A DNA stretch of 60,673 bases from a virus (lineage: Duplodnaviria; Caudoviricetes), in the IMG/VR virus record IMGVR_UViG_3300036985_000346, positions 1 through 60,673 of that record. One strand, 5' to 3'. The position numbers were made by a program, and so were the translations under genes. The notes beneath the pieces are model-generated. The model ran no database searches. It had not been told where the DNA came from and saw only the letters and a list, made by a program, of their open reading frames with translations. Of the stretch, positions 15,836 through 23,223 are shown piece by piece. Each line of letters starts with the position of its first letter. Within the stretch, counting starts at the first letter, position 1.

Positions 15836-17414
15836 CTATCAACAGCGCACCATCGACGAGCTGTACCGATGGTTTGAGGCTGGCAATGCTGGCAACCCAT
15901 GCCTAGTGCTGCCAACTGGCTCAGGCAAGTCGCACATCGTGGCCGCGCTGTGCAAGGATGCCCTGCAAAACTGGCCAGAGACTCGGGTGCTCATGCTGAC
16001 CCATGTCAAGGAGCTGATTGAGCAGAATGCCGAGAAGATGCGCCAGCATTGGCCTGGTGCACCGATGGGCATCTACAGTGCCAGCATTGGCCAGAAAGAC
16101 TTGAGCGAGCCGATCACCTTTGCTGGCATCCAGTCGGTGCGTACCAAGGCCGGTGCGCTTGGCCACATCGATCTGGTGATCATCGACGAGTGCCACTTGG
16201 TCAACCACAAGGACGAGGGTGGATACCGCAAGCTGCTTGGTGAGTTGAAGACCATCAATCCGCACCTGCGCGTGATCGGCCTGACCGCCACGCCTTACCG
16301 CTTGGGGCATGGCCTGATCACAGACAAGCCTGCGCTGTTTGACGACTTGCTCACGCCTGTCAGCATCGAGGAGCTGGTGTTCAAGGGTTATTTGGCCACG
16401 CTGCGCTCCAAGGTCACCAAGGCCAAGCTGGATGTGACTGGTGTGAAGAAGCGTGGTGGCGAGTTCATCGAGTCAGAGTTGCAGGCTGCTGTGGATACCG
16501 ACGATAAGAATCAGGCTGTGGTGCATGAGGTCATGGGCTTGGCCGGTGAGCGCAAAGCATGGCTGTTTTTCTGTGCTGGCGTGAAGCATGCCGAGCACGT
16601 TGCCGAAGTCTTGCGCCAGCAGGGTGTGACCGCTGAGTGCGTGACTGGCGAGACACCAAAAAAAGAGCGCGAGCGCATGCTGGCCGACTTCAAGGCAGGC
16701 CGTGTGCGTGCGCTCACCAATGCCAATGTGCTGACCACTGGTTTTGACTATCCCGACATCGATCTGGTGGTGATGCTGCGCCCCACCATGAGCGCCAGTC
16801 TTTATGTGCAGATGGCAGGCCGTGGCATGAGGGTCAAGAGCCACACCGATCATTGCCTGGTGCTCGACTTTGCAGGTGTGGTTGAGTCGCATGGTCCGAT
16901 CACCAATGTGCAGCCACCAAAAAAGGGTGGCGATGGCAATGGCGAGGCACCAGTCAAGGTGTGCGATCACTGTGGTGAGTTGGTGCACATCTCGGTGATG
17001 CTTTGCCCTTCATGCGGTGAGCAGTTTCCTGAGCCAGTAAAAAAATCAATGGTGTTGCGAAATGACGACATCATGGGTCTGGATGGCCAAGAGTTAGAAG
17101 TGACTAGCTGGACATGGCGCAAGCACATCAGCAAGGCCTCTGGCATTGAGATGCTGGCCGTGACTTACTACGGTGGCCTGAGCGATACACCGATCACCGA
17201 GTATTTGCCAATCATGCATGAAGGCTATGCAGGGCAGCGTGCAATGAGCCAGCTGCTGAGTATCGCCAACAGCGCCAGCATTGTGCCTGGTGGTCTGAAT
17301 GTGAAGACGCTGGAGGACATGGTGCAGAACATGAACATGGCCACGCCACCAGAGTGGATCGAGTATCGCAAGGATGGGAAATTTTTTAGGGTAATAAAAA
17401 GGAGTTGGACATGA
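15825..17414 (+). CDS. SF2 DExH helicase with Zn finger (RadD/YejH-like)
   Basis: LRDYQ, PTGSGKS, DECH, TAT, QMAGRGMR, CDHC...CPSC. Confidence 0.9.
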   Translation: MLRDYQQRTIDELYRWFEAGNAGNPCLVLPTGSGKSHIVAALCKDALQNWPETRVLMLTHVKELIEQNAEKMRQHWPGAPMGIYSASIGQKDLSEPITFAGIQSVRTKAGALGHIDLVIIDECHLVNHKDEGGYRKLLGELKTINPHLRVIGLTATPYRLGHGLITDKPALFDDLLTPVSIEELVFKGYLATLRSKVTKAKLDVTGVKKRGGEFIESELQAAVDTDDKNQAVVHEVMGLAGERKAWLFFCAGVKHAEHVAEVLRQQGVTAECVTGETPKKERERMLADFKAGRVRALTNANVLTTGFDYPDIDLVVMLRPTMSASLYVQMAGRGMRVKSHTDHCLVLDFAGVVESHGPITNVQPPKKGGDGNGEAPVKVCDHCGELVHISVMLCPSCGEQFPEPVKKSMVLRNDDIMGLDGQELEVTSWTWRKHISKASGIEMLAVTYYGGLSDTPITEYLPIMHEGYAGQRAMSQLLSIANSASIVPGGLNVKTLEDMVQNMNMATPPEWIEYRKDGKFFRVIKRSWT

Positions 17415-17608
17415 AAACAAGACCACCAGAACCGCAATTCTTGGTTGACTATCGTGAGTGGGTCAAAGCTGGCCCACCAAAGTGCTGCCACACTTGTGAG
17501 ATGTATGGCAACGATGGTCTGTGCACCGAGTTCTTCATGACACCGCCAGCCGAGTTTGCGGCTGAGGTGGATGCCTGCCCTAAGTGGGAGCCAGAATGTC
17601 CGTTCTAG
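17411..17608 (+). CDS. Small Cys-rich protein
   Basis: CCHTC...C...C; homolog 49016-49210. Confidence 0.7.
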   Translation: MKTRPPEPQFLVDYREWVKAGPPKCCHTCEMYGNDGLCTEFFMTPPAEFAAEVDACPKWEPECPF

Positions 17609-17958
17609 GCCGTATCCCCACAGAGCATGAGGAGCAGCGCGAGCTGGTGCGCTGGTTTCGCCAGACTTGGCCAGGCGTGCGCATCTTTGCCATTCCCAAT
17701 GGTGGCGCTCGCAGTCCGGCCACCGCTGGCCGCTTGAAGGCTGAGGGTGTGTCTTCTGGTGTGCCTGATCTGTTCATCCCTGCCTGGGGGCTTTGGGTGG
17801 AGATGAAGCGAACCAAGGGTGGCAGCCTGAGTGCCGAGCAGAAAGACTGGATTGCCTATCTTGAAAGTGTGAGATTCTGTTGTATAGTGGGAAAAGGTGC
17901 TGATGATGCCAAGGGCAAACTTCAGGCCTTTTTCAACCAACACAAGGAAAATTTATGA
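17596..17958 (+). CDS. VRR-NUC nuclease
   Basis: EHEEQ, AIPNGG, GVPDL, VEMKR, SAEQKDW. Confidence 0.85.
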   Translation: MSVLGRIPTEHEEQRELVRWFRQTWPGVRIFAIPNGGARSPATAGRLKAEGVSSGVPDLFIPAWGLWVEMKRTKGGSLSAEQKDWIAYLESVRFCCIVGKGADDAKGKLQAFFNQHKENL

Positions 17959-18197
17959 GCACTCGCATTTATGTCGTCACCGATATTGAGACCAATCGCC
18001 ACCGCCTGATTCGTGCTGGCAACCAAGCGCAGGCCATTCGCCATGCTGCTCAGACTCGCTTTGACATCGAGGTCGCTGGCCAAGAGGACTTGGTCAACTT
18101 GCTGACCAATGGCGTGCCCATCGAGCTGGCCGGTGGTCCTGCCACTGCTGACATGTTTGAGGAAGCCGCCATTGCCAATGCTGGAGGGACTGACTGA
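17955..18197 (+). CDS. Hypothetical protein (80 aa)
   Basis: RLIRAGNQAQAIRH; homolog 49557-49796. Confidence 0.75.
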   Translation: MSTRIYVVTDIETNRHRLIRAGNQAQAIRHAAQTRFDIEVAGQEDLVNLLTNGVPIELAGGPATADMFEEAAIANAGGTD

Positions 18198-18367
18198 TGG
18201 CCACCACCAAAATCAAAGACCGATACATGACGATCAGGTTGCCTGCCGACATCGAGATCGAGCTGCGCAAGATGGCCGAGCGCAACACACGCACTCTGGC
18301 CGCGCAGATTCTGCATTGCGTCAAGATGGAATTGGAGCGCCAGCAAGCACAGGAGACTAAGGCATGA
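18197..18367 (+). CDS. Arc-like ribbon-helix-helix protein (56 aa)
   Basis: Hand-translated MTIRLPADIEIELRKMAERNTRTLAAQI; homolog 49796-49966. Confidence 0.75.
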   Translation: MATTKIKDRYMTIRLPADIEIELRKMAERNTRTLAAQILHCVKMELERQQAQETKA

Positions 18368-18495
18368 AAAAGCAGATTCACATCAGCATTGAGACGCTGA
18401 TGCACAAGTGGCCGGTGTTTGGCATTGGCTTTGCCAATGGCGAGTTCTTTTTATCGCTGTGGCTGGTGGATGTTCGCATGTGGAGAGGTTATTGA
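18364..18495 (+). CDS. Small hydrophobic protein (43 aa)
   Basis: ATGA/TGATG coupling; conserved at 49963-50094. Confidence 0.6.
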   Translation: MKKQIHISIETLMHKWPVFGIGFANGEFFLSLWLVDVRMWRGY

Positions 18496-18983
18496 TGCGA
18501 AAGCGCAAGCCACAGCCAAGGCCGAGACACTACACCATCCTCGACGAGATGATGGCCAGTCCGACCGAGCCTTTGCCTGAGAAGTTTCGCACGCACCAGC
18601 TCACCATGATGTACCAAGGACTACATGCAATGGAGACCGCGCCAGTGCCCACCACGGACGACTGGCGGGTCGTCAGCGATGCAGTCAACCTCATGGAGAC
18701 GCTGGTGGTCGAGATGAAGGTCTGCGAGGACTCCAGTGGCTTGCTGATGGATGCCATCACCGCTTTGGCGCTCGCTGGCAAGCGAAACAGGGCCGGTGGT
18801 GCCATTCGTATGGATGGGGTCGGAATTCAGGCTGTACGCTCGATTCTGAGCGACTATGCCGAGCTTCTGAACATGTTGCCTGCTCGCACCATGTATCGAT
18901 GCCACCGATTGACCGAGAAGCGCCTGCACGATCTACTTGATGGCAAGCGCAGGCCGCATGATGTGGAGATAACCTCAATGTAA
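18495..18983 (+). CDS. Hypothetical protein (162 aa)
   Basis: Coupled start; homolog 50094-50582. Confidence 0.75.
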   Translation: MRKRKPQPRPRHYTILDEMMASPTEPLPEKFRTHQLTMMYQGLHAMETAPVPTTDDWRVVSDAVNLMETLVVEMKVCEDSSGLLMDAITALALAGKRNRAGGAIRMDGVGIQAVRSILSDYAELLNMLPARTMYRCHRLTEKRLHDLLDGKRRPHDVEITSM

Positions 18984-19028
18984 GGGTTTATCCCTAGTTA
19001 CATTGATTGTGGGACTTCGTGCTATACT
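18983..19028 (+). promoter_or_regulatory. AGGG-N5-CCCT palindrome and extended -10 (TGcTATACT)
   Basis: Palindrome 18983-18995; counterpart CTAGGG-N5-CCCTAG at 50579-50595. Confidence 0.5.
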
Positions 19029-19062
19029 GTGGGCACATTAACCAACCAGCAAGGAGCTGATC

Positions 19063-19227
19063 GTGAAAAACTCAAACTTTCAAACCCCACGTAATTTTGC
19101 AGACTGCACATGGGTGCAGGGTTATGGCCGCGAGGAACCACTTTGGGAGCGTGTGGCTGGCTATGTGCTCGCCTTTGGTATTGGCGTTGGCTTGGCTGTC
19201 ATCTTGGTGGCATGGTGGTCATCATGA
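19063..19227 (+). CDS. Small single-pass membrane protein (54 aa, GTG start)
   Basis: AAGGAG RBS; C-terminal TM; homolog 50661-50825. Confidence 0.7.
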   Translation: MKNSNFQTPRNFADCTWVQGYGREEPLWERVAGYVLAFGIGVGLAVILVAWWSS

Positions 19228-19409
19228 ACTGCTGCGACGAGTACGGCAATTGCAGACAAGGGCATGACTGCCCTGTGCGCATTGCTCGTTCTTTTGAGCC
19301 TTCAACATCTAAGCGCCTTCTTAGGCGCTTTTCTTATTGGTTGTTGATCGCAGTCTTTGGCCTGCTGTGGATGGCTTTTGTGGCCATTGTGGTGGCCAAT
19401 TATGCGTAA
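19224..19409 (+). CDS. Small membrane protein with CC...CRQGHDCPVR motif (61 aa), A only
   Basis: ATGA-coupled; C-terminal TM. Confidence 0.6.
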   Translation: MNCCDEYGNCRQGHDCPVRIARSFEPSTSKRLLRRFSYWLLIAVFGLLWMAFVAIVVANYA

Positions 19410-19837
19410 GGTCTGGTGCCAGCCTTGTCGATGATCAGCGCCTGCTTGCGTGGGCTGGTGTCCTCGCTGTTTGAGATGCTAATGTGGGTCCAGCGATCAA
19501 ACTCACGAATCACTTGATCATAGCCAATGCCACTGGCCACGATTGCCTTGACCACCTGATCTGGTGTCATGCCTGGCACTCGAAAGTCACAAGCGCAGCC
19601 AGTGCGATGCTGGCTGGAGTCTTTTGAGCCAACCGCATCATTCACTTTCTTTGTGCGCAGGCCAGAGCTGATCATGATCGGCTTGCCACCAAGCACCACC
19701 TTCACCTGCTCCAGAAAGTCTGCCAGGCGCGTTAGATTGGCCAGCTCGGTATCATTGGGGCTGTTGTCCCAGCCGTTGCGTTCTGCGGTCTCTGAGGCTG
19801 TAAGTTCTTCGAGTGTGAAGTGAGGTGTCAATTGCAT
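19400..19837 (-). CDS. Endolysin, peptidase M15A family
   Basis: HFTLEEL, ISSGLR, SQHRTGCACD, WTHIS zinc-peptidase motifs. Confidence 0.85.
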   Translation of the reverse strand: MQLTPHFTLEELTASETAERNGWDNSPNDTELANLTRLADFLEQVKVVLGGKPIMISSGLRTKKVNDAVGSKDSSQHRTGCACDFRVPGMTPDQVVKAIVASGIGYDQVIREFDRWTHISISNSEDTSPRKQALIIDKAGTRPYA

Positions 19838-20235
19838 GATTCAGTCCTTTCAAAATAAGCGCCACGACGATGCCATTTTTTTCTTTGGTTGCAGTTGGCG
19901 CAAAGCACTTGATAGCGGTTTTTTGGAAACCCATGCTTGATGATCCAGCCATAAAGACTGTTGCCATTTAGTCTGTTTCCAGATGGCGTCAAGTCTTTGC
20001 TTCCATCATCGTTGATGTGGTCAATGTTCAAAACAATTGGGTCTTTTTCACCACAATGCGCACATCCACCACCATAAGCATCGATCACTTGCAGTTTGTT
20101 TTTCCAGCGAGTAACTTGATGTTTTTTGTTGATGGCAGCAAAGGTGTCTGGATGTATCCAATGCTCTTTTCCAGACTTGGTGTATCCGTTTAAACGGTAT
20201 CCATCATCTCTGGTGCTGCCTCTTGGCAAGTTCAC
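19828..20235 (-). CDS. Free-standing HNH endonuclease, A only
   Basis: CAHC...IDHIND...LCANCN; absent between holin and lysin in B. Confidence 0.8.
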   Translation of the reverse strand: MNLPRGSTRDDGYRLNGYTKSGKEHWIHPDTFAAINKKHQVTRWKNKLQVIDAYGGGCAHCGEKDPIVLNIDHINDDGSKDLTPSGNRLNGNSLYGWIIKHGFPKNRYQVLCANCNQRKKWHRRGAYFERTESCN

Positions 20236-20642
20236 TTCTTGTTCCTCATGTCTGCAAGTTTCTCAACGGTGCGGCCACCAAAGTAAGCCAAGAAAATAAT
20301 CTGTCCCCACTGGCCCAAGAGATTTACATAGCTCTCTTGCGCGTTGTAGCCGAATGCCGACATTGCAGTGAAGATGAAATAGGCCAAGAATATGGCTATC
20401 AGGGCCATTGGTCGAATATTTTTAGACAGCCAAGAGTCTGACCCCATGTCTGCTGTCCATCGGTCTGTGGTGTTCTGTTGCTCCACTTCGAACAGTTTGG
20501 TGTCATTGGCCATCTTTGCCAGCTCACCATCCTGCGCCAGCTTGGTCAGCTCCAGTTGCGCTTTGGCTTTGGCCTCTGGGTCAGGAATGAGCTTGTCGAT
20601 GAGCTTGCCACCCACATTCAGAAGTGCGTCGATTCCAATCAT
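20232..20642 (-). CDS. Holin-like protein (3TM GTA-holin type)
   Basis: LIDKLIPDP, DSWLSKNIRP, AYFGGRTVEK. Confidence 0.7.
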   Translation of the reverse strand: MIGIDALLNVGGKLIDKLIPDPEAKAKAQLELTKLAQDGELAKMANDTKLFEVEQQNTTDRWTADMGSDSWLSKNIRPMALIAIFLAYFIFTAMSAFGYNAQESYVNLLGQWGQIIFLAYFGGRTVEKLADMRNKK

Positions 20643-20917
20643 TTTGTGTCCTTTTTGCTGTCTTCGTTTTGCATGAGTTTGATGCCAGACAAGAATCCAA
20701 TCATGCCGCCAATCAGGGTGCTGAATGCTGGGCTGATCATTTTAAAGATTTCAGCGTTGTCAACTTCCTTGGCCCACAATCCGAGCATAAAAGCGAACAC
20801 CATTGACAGCACAGAAATGCACAGCGTGGTGCTGACCATGAGCGTCACCCACAGCGTCAGTTTGTCTTTTGTGTCTGGTACTGGCTGGCGCGGTCTGCGT
20901 ACTGGCTTGTCCATCAT
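20639..20917 (-). CDS. Two-TM membrane protein
   Basis: Two hydrophobic helices; in lysis cassette. Confidence 0.65.
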   Translation of the reverse strand: MMDKPVRRPRQPVPDTKDKLTLWVTLMVSTTLCISVLSMVFAFMLGLWAKEVDNAEIFKMISPAFSTLIGGMIGFLSGIKLMQNEDSKKDTK

Positions 20918-20923
20918 GCGTCC

Positions 20924-21160
20924 TTATACAAAAATCTGAAAGCGCCTGCGATTCTCAAACGCGCCCAGCTCAATGGTGTTTTGACGCGCTCTCTTGTCGT
21001 ACAGTTCTAAATCCATCTCGACTGTCTTTTGCTCCAACTTGTTGGCTGCAATCGCATACCGATATTCTTCTTGAACTTTTTCTACTGCCTTGTCAAATGC
21101 CAATTGCGTGGCAGTGTGGGTAGGCTGCACCATCGGATACCATTTGTCGAAGGTAATCAT
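20924..21160 (-). CDS. Hypothetical protein (78 aa)
   Basis: Coupled ORF in operon. Confidence 0.55.
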   Translation of the reverse strand: MITFDKWYPMVQPTHTATQLAFDKAVEKVQEEYRYAIAANKLEQKTVEMDLELYDKRARQNTIELGAFENRRRFQIFV

Positions 21161-21441
21161 TTTTTTTCCCTCTCCACCGCCTTTGCGTAGTAGTACAGTA
21201 TTTTTTGCCGTAGTTCTGCGCTATCTGCCACGCCTGCCCACATTGCCAAGTTATTCCATATTGCAACCAATTGATCAGACGAGCAATGGTTTCCATTGGT
21301 GGTCAGCCACTCAGACAGGCGCTGGTGGCGCTCAGTCGGATTTCCGAGCCAGCTTTGACCATAGAAGTCGGAGACGATGCAGGACTCTTTGGCCGTAGCC
21401 TTTGAGAGTAGCAACAGCAGTAGAAATAAAAACAGGCGCAT
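21157..21441 (-). CDS. Putative exported protein (94 aa)
   Basis: Signal-peptide-like MRLFLFLLLLLLSKATA; two Cys. Confidence 0.6.
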   Translation of the reverse strand: MRLFLFLLLLLLSKATAKESCIVSDFYGQSWLGNPTERHQRLSEWLTTNGNHCSSDQLVAIWNNLAMWAGVADSAELRQKILYYYAKAVEREKK

Positions 21442-21446
21442 TCATT

Positions 21447-21680
21447 TCAATGCTTCCAATAACTTAGGAAGTAACCGACCACGGCAGAAGCGCCAGAGAC
21501 TACGGTCATGCCAAACCAAAGGCCTCCACGACCTTTGTTGGCCAGCGCCACCAGTTCTTCGAGCTGGCGCTCGACCTTGTCCATCTTTTTGTCCATGTCC
21601 TGAACTTTTTGCCAGAGCACGCCATATTTGACAAGGTCGATCTCGTTTCCTTCTACTGCCATTGCGTCAGCTCCCAACAT
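21447..21680 (-). CDS. Coiled-coil + C-terminal TM protein (XhlA-like holin candidate)
   Basis: LANKGRGGLW then TM; homolog 53329-53562; second ATG at 21662. Confidence 0.65.
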   Translation of the reverse strand: MLGADAMAVEGNEIDLVKYGVLWQKVQDMDKKMDKVERQLEELVALANKGRGGLWFGMTVVSGASAVVGYFLSYWKH

Positions 21681-22033
21681 TAGAGGCCTTGGCCTGGAGT
21701 GATGTAGACAGTTGTCGCTGCGCTTGCCAGACCGCTGAAGAAGGTGTCAATGTTGAAGCGCAAGACCTCAACAGCACCAGGCACCAGTACGATGGCATCT
21801 GATGGTGTGCCAGCCACTGGCGCAACAGCTGCGGCTTGGGCAAGTGCTGCTGTGGGACCAGTGCCCAAAAACACGGTATCTGTTCCTGCATTCACAAACC
21901 GGTATTGGCCTGTTGCTTGAAAATTGAATTTCGCATAAACAGGAGCCTGCACGCCAGTGGGTGCTGTGCCTGCGGCAGCGACAACAACGGTCTTGCCTTG
22001 GGGGTTGAATGCAATTTGCGAATTGGTTGACAT
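21680..22033 (-). CDS. Small beta-sandwich virion protein (head spike-base-like)
   Basis: YRFVNAG...VFLG...YITPGQG pattern resembles 33790-34083. Confidence 0.55.
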   Translation of the reverse strand: MSTNSQIAFNPQGKTVVVAAAGTAPTGVQAPVYAKFNFQATGQYRFVNAGTDTVFLGTGPTAALAQAAAVAPVAGTPSDAIVLVPGAVEVLRFNIDTFFSGLASAATTVYITPGQGL

Positions 22034-22048
22034 GATGATTTCCTTTGA

Positions 22049-22213
22049 TTACAAAATAATTTCAGAACTATCTTCTTGCAAAAGAGCACCACCATTTTCA
22101 AGAAGCAAAATACCATACAAAGAAACTTGACTTTGTAAAGGAACGACCTTTGGTCTGGATGAAATAAAACTAATTATTCCACTTGTAATAGATGCTCTGA
22201 CTGCTTTTAACAT
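22049..22213 (-). CDS. Small protein with LLLENGGALLQED motif (54 aa)
   Basis: ATG at 22213; motif type seen next to fibre genes. Confidence 0.5.
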   Translation of the reverse strand: MLKAVRASITSGIISFISSRPKVVPLQSQVSLYGILLLENGGALLQEDSSEIIL

Positions 22214-22217
22214 TTTA

Positions 22218-22517
22218 TTAAACCCAAGGCACACCGCTTGCTTGCACAGGTGCTTTTTGCGCTTCAATCTGTTTTGCCAAAGTTTCTTCTGTGGCAGCTT
22301 TATCTACGCCATTTGCCCAAATCCAACCAAGAACAATTTCTTCTGTCAAATCATTGTAGGCAATCTCTGGCGTGCCTTCAGTCCATGAGCAACTTGAATG
22401 AGTGCTTGCTTCATATGCACCATCAAGTGCATTAGCACGCCAATGTGCTGTAGTCACAAAGCCATTTGACACTTTTCGGTCTAATTGGCTAATTCTCCAC
22501 TTGTATGCGACTGTCAT
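22218..22517 (-). CDS. Fibre-associated small protein (99 aa)
   Basis: VTTAHW, AYNDLTEEIVLGW, GVPW; follows the S74-bearing fibre. Confidence 0.65.
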   Translation of the reverse strand: MTVAYKWRISQLDRKVSNGFVTTAHWRANALDGAYEASTHSSCSWTEGTPEIAYNDLTEEIVLGWIWANGVDKAATEETLAKQIEAQKAPVQASGVPWV

Positions 22518-22530
22518 ATCTTTCCTTTCG

Positions 22531-23196
22531 TTATTGAGCTTCGAGAGCAGCTACTCTGGCGGTTAGTTCTTGAATGGCTTTGACCATTGCAGCGTAGATG
22601 CCTTCTTTTTCAAGACCCAATCTTGTGCCGTCTGCTGATTCAAACTCACGAATTAACTCAGGCATGACAGACTGGACTTCTTGGGCAATAAATCCATATT
22701 GTGTGCCTTGTTCAATTTTGTCTGTTTTCCATTTGTAGGAAACAGGGCGCAATGCAAGAATTTCAGACAAACCAAACGGCAAATTTTCAATGTTTTCTTT
22801 TAAACGCTCGTCTGATGGGTTTGTACTTGTAAGAACTCCGCCATTTGAATATACAAGGCCAGTACCTAATGCAGCTAAAACAACATTGTTATTTGCAAAT
22901 ACTTGGAAAGATGGCGTGTTTGATCCATTTCTAAAATCAGCAATGGTGTACGAACCCGTAGTTCCACCGCTTTGCACCCACAAAGCTGCTGTAGTAGCTG
23001 ATTGTTGAATCTCAACCAAACCAAGAGTAGTAGCACCAGAACCAATGGCAGAAGAAGCCATGCTAACTGCGCGGCCAGCAGTTAAGTTGGCCACAGACAC
23101 TTGTTTGGTTGTACTGCTTTGAACGATAGGCAATACCTCAGTACCCGCTAGTGGGGTAGTTGAGCTAGGTAGTGCGGAAATTTTTGCATCAGCCAT
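22531..23196 (-). CDS. Short fibre with C-terminal intramolecular chaperone (peptidase S74)
   Basis: MADAKISALP N-terminus; SDERLKENI, GFIAQEV, LTARVAALE. Confidence 0.8.
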   Translation of the reverse strand: MADAKISALPSSTTPLAGTEVLPIVQSSTTKQVSVANLTAGRAVSMASSAIGSGATTLGLVEIQQSATTAALWVQSGGTTGSYTIADFRNGSNTPSFQVFANNNVVLAALGTGLVYSNGGVLTSTNPSDERLKENIENLPFGLSEILALRPVSYKWKTDKIEQGTQYGFIAQEVQSVMPELIREFESADGTRLGLEKEGIYAAMVKAIQELTARVAALEAQ

Positions 23197-23223
23197 TTTT
23201 AAAGTCCTCGTTTAATATTTTGC

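Noticed and set aside
18408-18494. Upstream extensions of ORFs 18408-18983 and 49857-50582
   Set aside because: They overlap conserved coupled small genes in other frames; TGATG-coupled starts at 18495 and 50094 fit better
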